From IMG/VR virus record IMGVR_UViG_3300035208_006730: 64,000 nt of DNA. One strand, written 5' to 3'. Position numbers and translations under genes: made by a program. Origin of the DNA: a virus (taxonomy: Duplodnaviria > Caudoviricetes). Shown piece after piece: positions 38,088-48,002 of the stretch. The notes below the pieces were generated by a model. The model was given only the letters and a program-made list of their open reading frames with translations, was not told where the DNA came from and did not search any database. Position 1 is the stretch's first letter; each line of letters begins with the position of its first letter.

Positions 38088-38853
38088 GATTTTTGTCCCA
38101 TTTGTAACTGTAACACTTAACAGGAGATGGTCCTATATACTTAAGTAAAGATAGAAATCCATTTTTACCTTCTATTCTAATTCTATTATTTGGAGTTAAA
38201 TGACTAGAAATTCCCTCTTTATCGAGTAAGATAACAAGTCTTTCATTATCTCCTTTTGTAAAAGCTTCAGTGCAAAAATAACCTCCATATGTTGCTCCAT
38301 TTTTTTCTTGATGTTTCGTACCATCTCCTAACCACCACCAAAGAACAGTTATTGGAGTTAATATCAAATCTTGTGGAATAAATTTTATTTTATCCTTATA
38401 CCATTTTGTTTGTTCATCTTTTAACTGCAAAGAACTTCTAGTTCTAGAGTGCCATCCTAATGTTTTTTTATTATATTTTGGAAGAGACCAAAGTAAACTC
38501 TCGGTTTTTGATATAATCTCATTTGCCATTTCTAAATATTTAAATCCAAATGAAGCTCTTGATTGATAACCCGTACATTCAAGATGTAAATCGCTTAATA
38601 ATAATCCATATAAAACTTCTTTTTCAACCGGGGAAAATGAAATTGATTTATTTTTCCAAAGTCTTGTGCATTCAGATGGAGATCTTCCATTAAAATCAAA
38701 ATATTTACACCATTTTTCTATGCAACTTATTGAACAAACTAGTTTTTGAGCAATTTTCGATTGACTTAAGTTTTGGTTATAATACATATCGTAAAGTAAT
38801 GTTTTAAACTCTTCTTTATCAATTCTAAGTTTCTTATGTAATCCTACTGGCAT
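38077..38853 (-). mobile_element. Free-standing LAGLIDADG homing endonuclease with N-terminal HTH
   Basis: LSQSKIAQKL HTH; YGLLLSD and WWWLGDG motifs; CTEAFT; YSYK end; abuts both neighbours. Confidence 0.85.
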
Positions 38854-39957
38854 CTATATTTCCTCGCAAGATTCAATGAATCGTTTGATACAAAGATCCC
38901 AGTTGAAATGTTTAACAAGATGCTTTCGAGCTTGTCGACCTTTTTCTTGTCCTTCTTCTGGATTATCAACAACTCTTTGCATCGTTTGAATTAGTTGTCC
39001 AATATCTGGTTGCGCCCATAACATATCACCTTCATACCAGGGAATCCAGGGCATTTTATTGGCTACAGTCAAAGAGTAATCCAATGGATAAGAGTTTTCT
39101 TCGGTCATAAAATCCATGTTACCTGAAAACCCTGTAGCAATAATTGGCTTACCAAAAGACATTGCATCAGCAATTGGCATTCCCCAACCTTCAGCTCGAG
39201 CTGGAGAAACGTAACAATCTCCTAGACGATGAAGCTGGTTGATTTCATCATGAGATAAAAGACCTCCAATAAGAAAGATTGGAGGATAATGTTTCAATGG
39301 TTGTTCTTTTTTCAAAGCAATAATTTGTTGTTTGATAAGATTCTTCTGAGCATCAGAAGTATCAGAGCCATAGGTCTTTAGGATTAGACAAACATTTTCA
39401 TTATTAGTAAATGCCGCCCAAAAAGCTTTCAGTAGTCCAGAAGGATTCTTCCGTTCTGTCCATTGGAAAATAGAATAAAACCTGTATTGAAAGCTATCTA
39501 TTCCTGATATTTCGTATTTCTTTCCTTCGCTTTCTTGAAGGGATACTCCTGGGGATACCATTTTGATCTTTTTGTGTACGCCAGAATTTTTAAAAACTTC
39601 TACATTCCAAGTACAAGGAACAAAGATTCCATCTATCTTGTTGCATTCCTCAACCCACAGTTTAGAAATTCTCGTAGTTTCAAACATTGTAAAACCAACA
39701 TTTTTCGTTGTCTCATCTTTGTAATTCTTGAAATGCTCAGGCGTTAGATTAACTATATTAATATCTGGTTTGATTTTATTGTTCTGAAGGTCCATGCATG
39801 TTTTTGATACTTTATCTTCAGCTGGTTTTACTTTCTCAAATGATACTAGATTTGTTTGTACGTTGTGTCCTCGAGAATGAAGCTCCCAAATAAAATTTCT
39901 GGAGAAGTTGCCATATCCTGAATGATCAAGGAATGGAGCTGTATATCGAATGTTCAT
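38854..39957 (-). CDS. GT4 (GT-B) glycosyltransferase
   Basis: SGYG, ERKNP, ARAEGWGMPIADAM..GKP.IATG. Confidence 0.92.
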   Translation of the reverse strand: MNIRYTAPFLDHSGYGNFSRNFIWELHSRGHNVQTNLVSFEKVKPAEDKVSKTCMDLQNNKIKPDINIVNLTPEHFKNYKDETTKNVGFTMFETTRISKLWVEECNKIDGIFVPCTWNVEVFKNSGVHKKIKMVSPGVSLQESEGKKYEISGIDSFQYRFYSIFQWTERKNPSGLLKAFWAAFTNNENVCLILKTYGSDTSDAQKNLIKQQIIALKKEQPLKHYPPIFLIGGLLSHDEINQLHRLGDCYVSPARAEGWGMPIADAMSFGKPIIATGFSGNMDFMTEENSYPLDYSLTVANKMPWIPWYEGDMLWAQPDIGQLIQTMQRVVDNPEEGQEKGRQARKHLVKHFNWDLCIKRFIESCEEI

Positions 39958-42500
39958 ATCTGAATTACTCCATGATCTTTCTTTACATCTGTATCTTGAA
40001 GAACTTTATCAAAAAGTTCAACCCATTTTTCGCCAGCTAATTGCCAAGTATTCTTTTGACACCAAGTCACGGCGTTTTTAACTACATTCTGGAGAATACT
40101 TGAAGAGCCTTTCCAAAGACTATGGATTAAAAATATTCCTTTTAAAATATCTTCCATACGTCCTATTGGACGATAGCCAATATTATCAATAAAGATAAGA
40201 TCTTTGCAAGGATAAAGAAATCCTCTTTCTCCATTGGTTCCTGTAAAATCTTTCATATTTGTATTATCTGGAACTAGAACCGGAAGTCCACAAGCTAAAG
40301 CCTCATGAACAGAGTTATGTACTAATACTCCATTAGCAATAAAAGAATGAACATCTTCTACACAAATATCATAAACTTCTGTAGATTTTGATTCTACTTT
40401 TATTTGTTTAACTTTAACGTAAAAATAATTTTTATCTTCTAAGAAATAAACTGCAGATTTTCTATTAATTATTTTCCAATTAAAAGATTGATTAATAAAA
40501 GTGGCCCACCGCTCTAGATGTGAACCAACAATTTTGCAAATAAAAAATGAATGTTTTCCTATATTTTTTGGAGGATATTCTTTTGTGGATATCAAAATAT
40601 TATTTGCCGCACAAATGTATTTTGTCTGATACGCTAAGGATGGAGATATAGTTGAAAGTGAATGATGTCTTCTTTGATAATTTAAGTGTCCATCTCCTTG
40701 AAATAATGAACGCATTAAAGGTCCTAATTTTTGGGGACTTTTTAAAAGAAAACTAGGTATTCTTTTATTATAGGAATGAATTCCACAAATAGTTCCCATT
40801 ACTTTTGCTAATATTTGGCCCGATACACGAATTCTACATTTATTTGGACCATTTTGTTCCACAATACCTTGTGTCTCAAAAATACAAGATAGATATTCGT
40901 TGAGTTTATGGGCGAAAGATAATTCATCTATATTTAAATCTATTTCGATTCTTTGTTTATTACTGTTGTTTCCTTCACTTAGATACCAACCTAAAAAATA
41001 TAAAAATTCATCAGTAATAGGAATATATCTTCTTATTTTTAACTGCTGAGTATTTACCAATGTATTAGTTTTACAAAGATCTTGAGAAATACTATAGGCT
41101 AAAGAACTAGGTAATCCTCTACTAGCAGAAGAAACATTAAGAAAAGCTCGTCTTGCATCTTCTGCAACTCGCTTGCTAACTTTATATTTTTTCTGTATGT
41201 CGGAAATTGACATTCCATTTTTTCTTGGTGAATATCCCATTTTATACCAAATATATTCGCCATCTGTTTCTATTTCTTCATTTTCAAGATAATCTAAAAG
41301 ATCTAAATTCATAGGTAATTTATCATTTTCTGTAGACTTAGGTATAGCTAAAAAATCTCCAGTTTGAATGTCTTTAGCTTTAGTCCATAAGGGATTATCG
41401 ATATCTTTAGTTTTAACGTAAAAAGGATGTTCTGCTGTAACCTGAATATCCGATGAATACATTGTTTTTATTGTTAAAATCTCTTCAACTATACGACTCG
41501 TTTTATTTAAGACCTTATGAAATTTACCGTCTCCACCAACAACTTGATCGCCAATTAAAATATCTTTAATCGAAATAACACCTCTATATGTGTCTAATTT
41601 TGTTAATGAATCAAGGCATAGACCCCAACCCTCACCCAGATGATTGGATATAAACATGTCTGCAGCACCATAAAGCTGATTCAGGATAATATCAGGAATT
41701 CCTTTATTCGCCGAGTATCCTCCCGGAAAAAGAACTTGCTGTTCCGTTAGTCCTAAATCTTTGCATGCCGAAAGAAGATCGATTCCATTATCTTGAGGCT
41801 GACAGTGGAGATAGAGCATTGAATTAGGATTCTTTTGACGGAAGAGAGAGTAAGCAAGAAGTGTTTGAGATAATTGTTTCCGATTAGAATTTCTGTTTAC
41901 ATTTATGATGAGAAACGTATCGTCTGCAATATGAAATTTTTCTCTTCGAATTCCGTACTTCATTTCCTTTTTGATTGGATAAAACTTTGAAGTATCAACT
42001 CCATGTGGAATTTTTTCCAGCTTTATTTGCGGAAATATCTTCAATGTTTCCTTAATGCCAAAATCATTGTAAGCAACTGCGACATCGGCAAAAGAAATCA
42101 TCTCTGCAAGTTGAGGTAAGAGTTTACAGTCGACAGGATAGTAATAGATAACTTTAGGAAATTTCTTTTTAGCTACAAGGTAGTCTTCTTTTACTTTTTT
42201 GAGCATTGGCACAGAGTCTTGTACGACAAAAGTGTCATTCAGAATCCAAATGACATCATATTCTTTAGTACGAATAGCTCTTTCAAACATTGCTCTTCCG
42301 TAAGGATCAGAGGGATCTAGCAGTCGCGCAGGAGAAATAGTGTATGGAAGATTATGAAATTGACCAAGATAATTGATTCCAAGAACATCTATTTGATATC
42401 TACCTGTGTCTTGTAAAGCTTTGAGAACATGCTGACTCACGATACCAAATCCTGTAGAACAGGTTGGAGAATCACAATAGGCTAAAACTTTTACTTTCAT
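39954..42500 (-). CDS. GT4 (GT-B) glycosyltransferase with intein
   Basis: DSPT..TGFG, PHGVD, NRNSNRK, GEGWGL|intein|SVHEALACGLPV. Confidence 0.93.
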   Translation of the reverse strand: MKVKVLAYCDSPTCSTGFGIVSQHVLKALQDTGRYQIDVLGINYLGQFHNLPYTISPARLLDPSDPYGRAMFERAIRTKEYDVIWILNDTFVVQDSVPMLKKVKEDYLVAKKKFPKVIYYYPVDCKLLPQLAEMISFADVAVAYNDFGIKETLKIFPQIKLEKIPHGVDTSKFYPIKKEMKYGIRREKFHIADDTFLIINVNRNSNRKQLSQTLLAYSLFRQKNPNSMLYLHCQPQDNGIDLLSACKDLGLTEQQVLFPGGYSANKGIPDIILNQLYGAADMFISNHLGEGWGLCLDSLTKLDTYRGVISIKDILIGDQVVGGDGKFHKVLNKTSRIVEEILTIKTMYSSDIQVTAEHPFYVKTKDIDNPLWTKAKDIQTGDFLAIPKSTENDKLPMNLDLLDYLENEEIETDGEYIWYKMGYSPRKNGMSISDIQKKYKVSKRVAEDARRAFLNVSSASRGLPSSLAYSISQDLCKTNTLVNTQQLKIRRYIPITDEFLYFLGWYLSEGNNSNKQRIEIDLNIDELSFAHKLNEYLSCIFETQGIVEQNGPNKCRIRVSGQILAKVMGTICGIHSYNKRIPSFLLKSPQKLGPLMRSLFQGDGHLNYQRRHHSLSTISPSLAYQTKYICAANNILISTKEYPPKNIGKHSFFICKIVGSHLERWATFINQSFNWKIINRKSAVYFLEDKNYFYVKVKQIKVESKSTEVYDICVEDVHSFIANGVLVHNSVHEALACGLPVLVPDNTNMKDFTGTNGERGFLYPCKDLIFIDNIGYRPIGRMEDILKGIFLIHSLWKGSSSILQNVVKNAVTWCQKNTWQLAGEKWVELFDKVLQDTDVKKDHGVIQI
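40314..41618 (-). mobile_element. Intein in GT4 glycosyltransferase (435 aa, LAGLIDADG type)
   Basis: EGWGL|CLDSLT...VTAEHPF...LGWYLSEG...LFQGDG...VYDICV...GVLVHN|SVHEA. Confidence 0.95.
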
Positions 42501-43585
42501 ATTCTTTCGGCTCCTACCATAATTTTTGGTTCTATCTTTTCTTCTATAATCTTGTAAGCAAGAGTTAGAATGTCTGCGGCTTTAATTGACTTCCAGCAAA
42601 TCTGATGTCTACATTTTCCAATTTCTGAATACCAACATGGGCAAAGCTGACAAGCTCGTTTTCCGGGCCAATAAGCTGTAGCTGTAGGATATTGATCAGT
42701 TCTTGCTCGAGCATCAGTATGACCGAAAATGGCAAGAACCTTTTTATCTAAAGCCGCTGCAAGATGTAACATAGCTGAATCAGGACAAATAATTAAACTA
42801 GAATAATAAATAAGAGAAGCGATTTTCCTAACACCTGCATTCTTAATTTCTTCGTCTGCACATCCATCCCAATAGACATCTTTGGTATAATCTGAATCAT
42901 GAGTGAAAAGAAGAATCTTTACGTTTCTTAATGTGCTCCTTAATGTCCGAGCAACATCTTTCATAATGTCAGGTTCTATACTTCTCTGAATATTACTAGC
43001 AAATGGAGCAATACAAATAAGTTTTTTATCTCCTAGACGTAACTTTGTGGCAAGCCAAGTTTTAGCTTCAACGAGTTCTTGTTCGGTAGGAACAAATATT
43101 GGTTTTCTATCAGAAAGAGTTACTCCGATATGACGCGCAAAAAGATCCATTCTAGAAATTGGGTTGGGTGGTACGCCATTTTTTACTTGTTCGTGAGCTA
43201 CACAGGGGCAATGAAGATCAAGAATTGCATCGAATTCTTCTGGAACAATATTCGTCCATGGAATGATATTTTGGACAAATGGATTGTTCTGAAGAGTTTC
43301 AATCAGAGCGCCTTTTAAATAATTTGTATTAGTTGCATAAGTGATTTTGCATCCAGGAAATTGCTGATGAAGAAATTTTGCTATTGGCGTACTCATTAGG
43401 ATGTCGCCAATACCTTCTCCTCTTCTAATGCAGATATCAGGGGCATGAATCCCGTTAACAAGATTATGAATTCTACAAAGCCTTTGTCCATGTTTAGTTG
43501 TTGGAGTAACTCTACATGTTGGATTAAGGGTTTGATTAACTGGCCGTTTCCATTCGATTGTTCCATCAGAGGATACTTTGTTCAT
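42497..43585 (-). CDS. GT9 (heptosyltransferase-family) glycosyltransferase (ORF open to 43633)
   Basis: GIGDILMSTP, CPDSAMLHLAAALDK...IFG, C..CPC..C Cys cluster. Confidence 0.9.
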   Translation of the reverse strand: MNKVSSDGTIEWKRPVNQTLNPTCRVTPTTKHGQRLCRIHNLVNGIHAPDICIRRGEGIGDILMSTPIAKFLHQQFPGCKITYATNTNYLKGALIETLQNNPFVQNIIPWTNIVPEEFDAILDLHCPCVAHEQVKNGVPPNPISRMDLFARHIGVTLSDRKPIFVPTEQELVEAKTWLATKLRLGDKKLICIAPFASNIQRSIEPDIMKDVARTLRSTLRNVKILLFTHDSDYTKDVYWDGCADEEIKNAGVRKIASLIYYSSLIICPDSAMLHLAAALDKKVLAIFGHTDARARTDQYPTATAYWPGKRACQLCPCWYSEIGKCRHQICWKSIKAADILTLAYKIIEEKIEPKIMVGAERI

Positions 43586-43640
43586 GTGTCTTCCTTCTTT
43601 AGAAAGAATAACACATGATTTTCGGGAAAGCAAAAGATAT

Positions 43641-45701
43641 TTAATGAGCTAATGCGGGATGTTTGAAGGATCGAACCTTCTTTTGAAGATCTTCGTAGGT
43701 GATTCCGAGTGATTGACAGATCAAAGAAACAACTCCATAAAGTTCTCCAATAGCTCCAAGGGATAATCCATCAAGAGATTTTCGAGAAACAAATCCGTTC
43801 TTCATTACTCCAATACGTTCAAGATCTTCTTTATGGTATTGAAGAACTTGATCCCATTTTCCTGCCATTATATAGGCTGCATCTTGACAAGCAAGGGCAT
43901 CTTGTTCTTCATCGAATCCACCACCAAGTGCACTACCATCATAAAAAACATCACCATCACCTTGAATTACAAATCTTGATTGACCATTATTTGCTATCAT
44001 AAAAATATTTCCTGAATCTGGCCATGCAGTTCCACCGCCACCACGGTCTGTGTAGATTGCGTTAAAAATAGTGGGACAATAAGCTGTTCCAGAAACAGTA
44101 GTTGTATTTGTATCTCCGTACGAATTGCATTGGAAGGTATTTTCATTACCATTATTGTTAAAAACTTTCATTACAAAGTGAGAGGCAGAAGCCTCACAAT
44201 TTATTACTGTGTCAGTTGGAGCTACTAAAGAGAAAGAATGACCGCATCCTGCATGCCTAATCTCAGCAAATAAATCTCCATCTCCTAGAATAACATCGGG
44301 AATAGATAAGCAAAAACCAGCATCAATGAATGGAACAACAGTCGTTCCTAAAACATTCACTTTTCCTAGAACTAATTGTTGAGTTAATACATCCTCTAAT
44401 TGAGTGCTAAATGTAAGAGTTGAATTAACTGGAGATGTTACATCTGTTGCGTTACATTTTATTTCTCCATATTTAATTGTACTAGCTGCATCATCTTGTC
44501 CATAGAAACAGATTCTACCTTTTTCTCCTATTATTCCAGATACAGTTGTACTTTCTGAATACAAACTTAAATAACCTTGATTTAAATCTGCAATCAAATC
44601 TCCATCTCCCCAAAAATACATTCCATGATCAGTATTATCTTCTAACCCTGTATCGGTGAGAGAAAATTTTAAAGCTAGACTTGAATTTGAATCCAACACA
44701 ATAGTTTCCGCTATAAAACTTACTCCACTAACCGTTGTAGAAGATGAAAGTGATCCACATGAAATTGCGTTAGTCACATCAAGAGAATTATTGACTAGCA
44801 GACTTTCAGAGATTGACATATCTCCTGTAAAGTTAGAGTCTCCATCAACAGTGAGACGATTAGCAGGCGTGTCTGTTCCAATTCCTATGTATCCATTGCT
44901 ACTTTGAATAAATAGTGCATCATTCAAAGTGTCTGATCTAAATCTAATATCCATATCAACTTGATCTGGGTTAATATCTATAGATAAATCAGAATAAGTT
45001 ACAAAGGAATAGTTAGAGTTTGGAAGACCACCATTGTACCAAATACCAACAACTTTACTTGGTTGACAATTAATATAGTAATTTCCCGATGATGTTGTCA
45101 TTGCAAGTTCAAGAACCGTTAATCTATCAGTTATCGAACTATCGAGAACTCCTTGGCCGTCATCATTTAAAGCTGCTCCTGTACCATAGATATCATAAGC
45201 TAGTTGCCAAAGATTAAAGTCGTTTAGATTTATCCTGTAGTCCATTGAGGTATTGTTACTTGTCCCGCCAAAAATTCGATAACCAATTAATTCTTTTTCT
45301 GTTTCCGATAGAATAGCTGATGAAGCTGAAATTAATGTCGTTAGATTCGATTCAACAGTATCTGCGTAGGAATAGAGATCTACTAATTGATCTTTAATCG
45401 TATTGGGTCTAACTTGAGTCGAATTGAAATAGTCTCCTTCTGTTGCGTCTGGGTCTACATAGATAGTTTCTCCAGAAATACCATTGGTAAATGCATCGAC
45501 TTTATCCTCTCCATCTGTAGTTGTGATTCCAGACGGTAAAGAACTTAAAACAAGAACAAGAGAATCATTCCAACTCGCTTGGATCTGAGTCAGATCTGCT
45601 GAAAGTTCAGCTATTGTATCGTTCAATAGAGCAGAAGATGCAGGTCCATTCTTTCTGGAATTTCGTTTGAATAGATTTATAATCAAACTTGTTAATTTCA
45701 T
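43641..45701 (-). CDS. Tail fibre/spike-like virion protein
   Basis: N-terminal helical domain, IGIGTDTP..LTVDG fibre repeat, beta-rich body, chaperone-like C-terminus. Confidence 0.7.
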   Translation of the reverse strand: MKLTSLIINLFKRNSRKNGPASSALLNDTIAELSADLTQIQASWNDSLVLVLSSLPSGITTTDGEDKVDAFTNGISGETIYVDPDATEGDYFNSTQVRPNTIKDQLVDLYSYADTVESNLTTLISASSAILSETEKELIGYRIFGGTSNNTSMDYRINLNDFNLWQLAYDIYGTGAALNDDGQGVLDSSITDRLTVLELAMTTSSGNYYINCQPSKVVGIWYNGGLPNSNYSFVTYSDLSIDINPDQVDMDIRFRSDTLNDALFIQSSNGYIGIGTDTPANRLTVDGDSNFTGDMSISESLLVNNSLDVTNAISCGSLSSSTTVSGVSFIAETIVLDSNSSLALKFSLTDTGLEDNTDHGMYFWGDGDLIADLNQGYLSLYSESTTVSGIIGEKGRICFYGQDDAASTIKYGEIKCNATDVTSPVNSTLTFSTQLEDVLTQQLVLGKVNVLGTTVVPFIDAGFCLSIPDVILGDGDLFAEIRHAGCGHSFSLVAPTDTVINCEASASHFVMKVFNNNGNENTFQCNSYGDTNTTTVSGTAYCPTIFNAIYTDRGGGGTAWPDSGNIFMIANNGQSRFVIQGDGDVFYDGSALGGGFDEEQDALACQDAAYIMAGKWDQVLQYHKEDLERIGVMKNGFVSRKSLDGLSLGAIGELYGVVSLICQSLGITYEDLQKKVRSFKHPALAH

Positions 45702-45710
45702 TGAATGCTC

Positions 45711-48002
45711 CTAAGCTATTCGAATTTTATAGCCACTCAAAAGTGGTGTAGAATCTTCGTCTTCAGTTTCAAATTCCGCTTTCAGCCTCAAGTATTTAAA
45801 CTTTTGATCTACGATTTTCAATTCAATTCTAAAAGTTTCATTTAAACTATCTGATTTATTTTCGTCTATCTTAACAAGAAAAATCATATTGGAATAAAGA
45901 TTAGTTGTGCCAGAAAATGGATCATTGTAGCTTCCAGGATAATCTCTATCTATGGCGAATCTGCCATAATTATCACTAGGAAGGCTATTGAGAAAATCTA
46001 GAATAGGAATTTCATCCATCCTTGTTTCTGCAAAAAGATCAACTCCAGTATAGATCTGTTCAGTAGAATCGAATCCTTCAGGATAAGAGTAACCTTCAAT
46101 TAAAAGTTTATGATTAAAAGGGTAAAGAGTATCTGCGGTAATGAGTTCTTGAAGAGTCTCAATATTTGCCGAAACCTCGAGCCAATTGTCCTTATGAATT
46201 TTAATTAAATGTTCTCCCGTCGCTCCTGTCTCATCGTTCTTTCCAGAAATAATTACTGAGTTACCTCTTTTAGGTTTATCATCGATCCAAAGAAATTGGT
46301 CTCCAATTGAGACAGTCTTACCTTCTGGATTATTGATTCGAATCCAACAAAAATAGAAAGGATCTTCGAATTTCCATCCTCGTTGAATTCCTCTCACTTT
46401 TGAGGTATTTAAAGAACTGTCTAATCCTTGAGCTCCAATGTTTCTCCAAACCTTGAGACTTTCTTTATCGATTAGAAAAAAGGATGGACCTTCTGTTGGA
46501 TCAGAAAGTAGATCAGCAGACTTTGGAATTTTAAACTGATAGGAAAGAATTCTATCATTAGAGTTCACGGGAACATAACGAACTTCATCAGAAGATGAAA
46601 CTGATGAATTAGTCAGATCTCCATTAATGTCGAGATGAATCAGATTGAAGTCAGCTGCTGGACTTTTTTGATCTGCGCCAACTCCCCCACCTACAGGAGA
46701 TGCTATGTAAGAAATCTTTACATCTTCAGTATCTCCATAAACCACAGAACTTAAATCTCCGATATCAAGAACAGAATTGCTTTCTTTATCTTTTCTAGAT
46801 GAAGGATCAATTGCAAACCAATCAGTACTAATTGTAACTGGAACTTCAGAATCATTAGAAATTGTTACAAAATAATGAATGTTCGTTTTATCTTGAATAG
46901 ATTCACACGAATCGAGAGAAAGTCTCGAAAACTGAATTTCTTCTCCCAAAGTATCAACAACTGAAAGAGGTTTTGAAATCAATCGAGGTTTTGGGTCCAT
47001 CTCAGTAGTCGTATCAAAAGCTTCTTCAAAAAATTGAATTCTCTTGGCGCCAAACTCAAAAATAAAACGATCACGGTCTTCATAGTCTGATGTTGCTTTA
47101 GAGAGAAGAAATTTTACGTGGGTCATTGAAGTTTTTGGAAAATAAAAGACACCAACATCAATCACAGTTTGAGTAGGATTAGTTCCGGGTAATTGTGAAA
47201 AGTTATATCCATCATTTGAATACATCGGAGTAATCTGAAGAGATGAACCTTGATTAACCGCCTGAACAATAAAATCTATTCGAGATACACCGATTGGTGT
47301 ATCCGAGATCTTTATTTGCAACTCAGCAGTTATTGATTCGTCTTTTTCAGTTGATAGTCTAACCTGCCAATTTTCGTCTTTATCTGTTACAGCATTCTTC
47401 AGAGATGAAAGGGGTGTTTGCTGAACAATTCCGTTGGACTTCGACGCGATACGAAATGAAATATCTTCATCTTTTATATTTAAACTTAAAGGATGGTGAA
47501 CCCTTGATGAAGGGGCAAGTGTTGCGATGTGAGTTGTTGGGTTAACGTCAATCGTTGTTAGATCTTGATCTATAAGGGAAAGGTCTACAAAAGTATCTGC
47601 AACATAATTAACGTATCCATCTACATCGTTAGTTACGATAATAAGATTAGATACTCTTTCTTCAAGTTTCATTGCACTTGATTCAATTGCTTCAATTTCA
47701 GTTTGCCATTGTTCATGCATATCAATAGAAGTTTCAGTAAGAGATTTCATCTCTGTCAGTAAGGCCTGTAAATCCTGATAGATAGCGTCGATAGTATTTT
47801 TAAACTTACTCTTACTTGATTCTTCGCCGTAAATAACTTTCCATTCACTTGCCAGAAACTGAGGAACAGTAAAATCATTTACATTATTGTATTGGTACAA
47901 AAGAGTTTCGATATCAGAAAAACTAGGAATAATTCCTTGACGTAGTTGGTCCTTAAGATATTCTTCTAATTTGATTTTTCGATATGTAGAGTCGATTGCC
48001 AT
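45711..48002 (-). CDS. Virion/baseplate structural protein (paralog 3)
   Basis: Helical N-terminus, discoidin-like beta domain, ends TPLLSGYKIRIA. Confidence 0.7.
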   Translation of the reverse strand: MAIDSTYRKIKLEEYLKDQLRQGIIPSFSDIETLLYQYNNVNDFTVPQFLASEWKVIYGEESSKSKFKNTIDAIYQDLQALLTEMKSLTETSIDMHEQWQTEIEAIESSAMKLEERVSNLIIVTNDVDGYVNYVADTFVDLSLIDQDLTTIDVNPTTHIATLAPSSRVHHPLSLNIKDEDISFRIASKSNGIVQQTPLSSLKNAVTDKDENWQVRLSTEKDESITAELQIKISDTPIGVSRIDFIVQAVNQGSSLQITPMYSNDGYNFSQLPGTNPTQTVIDVGVFYFPKTSMTHVKFLLSKATSDYEDRDRFIFEFGAKRIQFFEEAFDTTTEMDPKPRLISKPLSVVDTLGEEIQFSRLSLDSCESIQDKTNIHYFVTISNDSEVPVTISTDWFAIDPSSRKDKESNSVLDIGDLSSVVYGDTEDVKISYIASPVGGGVGADQKSPAADFNLIHLDINGDLTNSSVSSSDEVRYVPVNSNDRILSYQFKIPKSADLLSDPTEGPSFFLIDKESLKVWRNIGAQGLDSSLNTSKVRGIQRGWKFEDPFYFCWIRINNPEGKTVSIGDQFLWIDDKPKRGNSVIISGKNDETGATGEHLIKIHKDNWLEVSANIETLQELITADTLYPFNHKLLIEGYSYPEGFDSTEQIYTGVDLFAETRMDEIPILDFLNSLPSDNYGRFAIDRDYPGSYNDPFSGTTNLYSNMIFLVKIDENKSDSLNETFRIELKIVDQKFKYLRLKAEFETEDEDSTPLLSGYKIRIA

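Noticed and set aside
38077-38853. Group I intron around the LAGLIDADG ORF
   Set aside because: Both neighbours are complete genes of different families and there is no non-coding flank.
30391-43633. Bacterial O-antigen locus or chimeric assembly
   Set aside because: Contiguous and co-oriented with baseplate genes, carries inteins like those in the phage replication genes, and lacks wzx/wzy/wzm; read support could not be checked.
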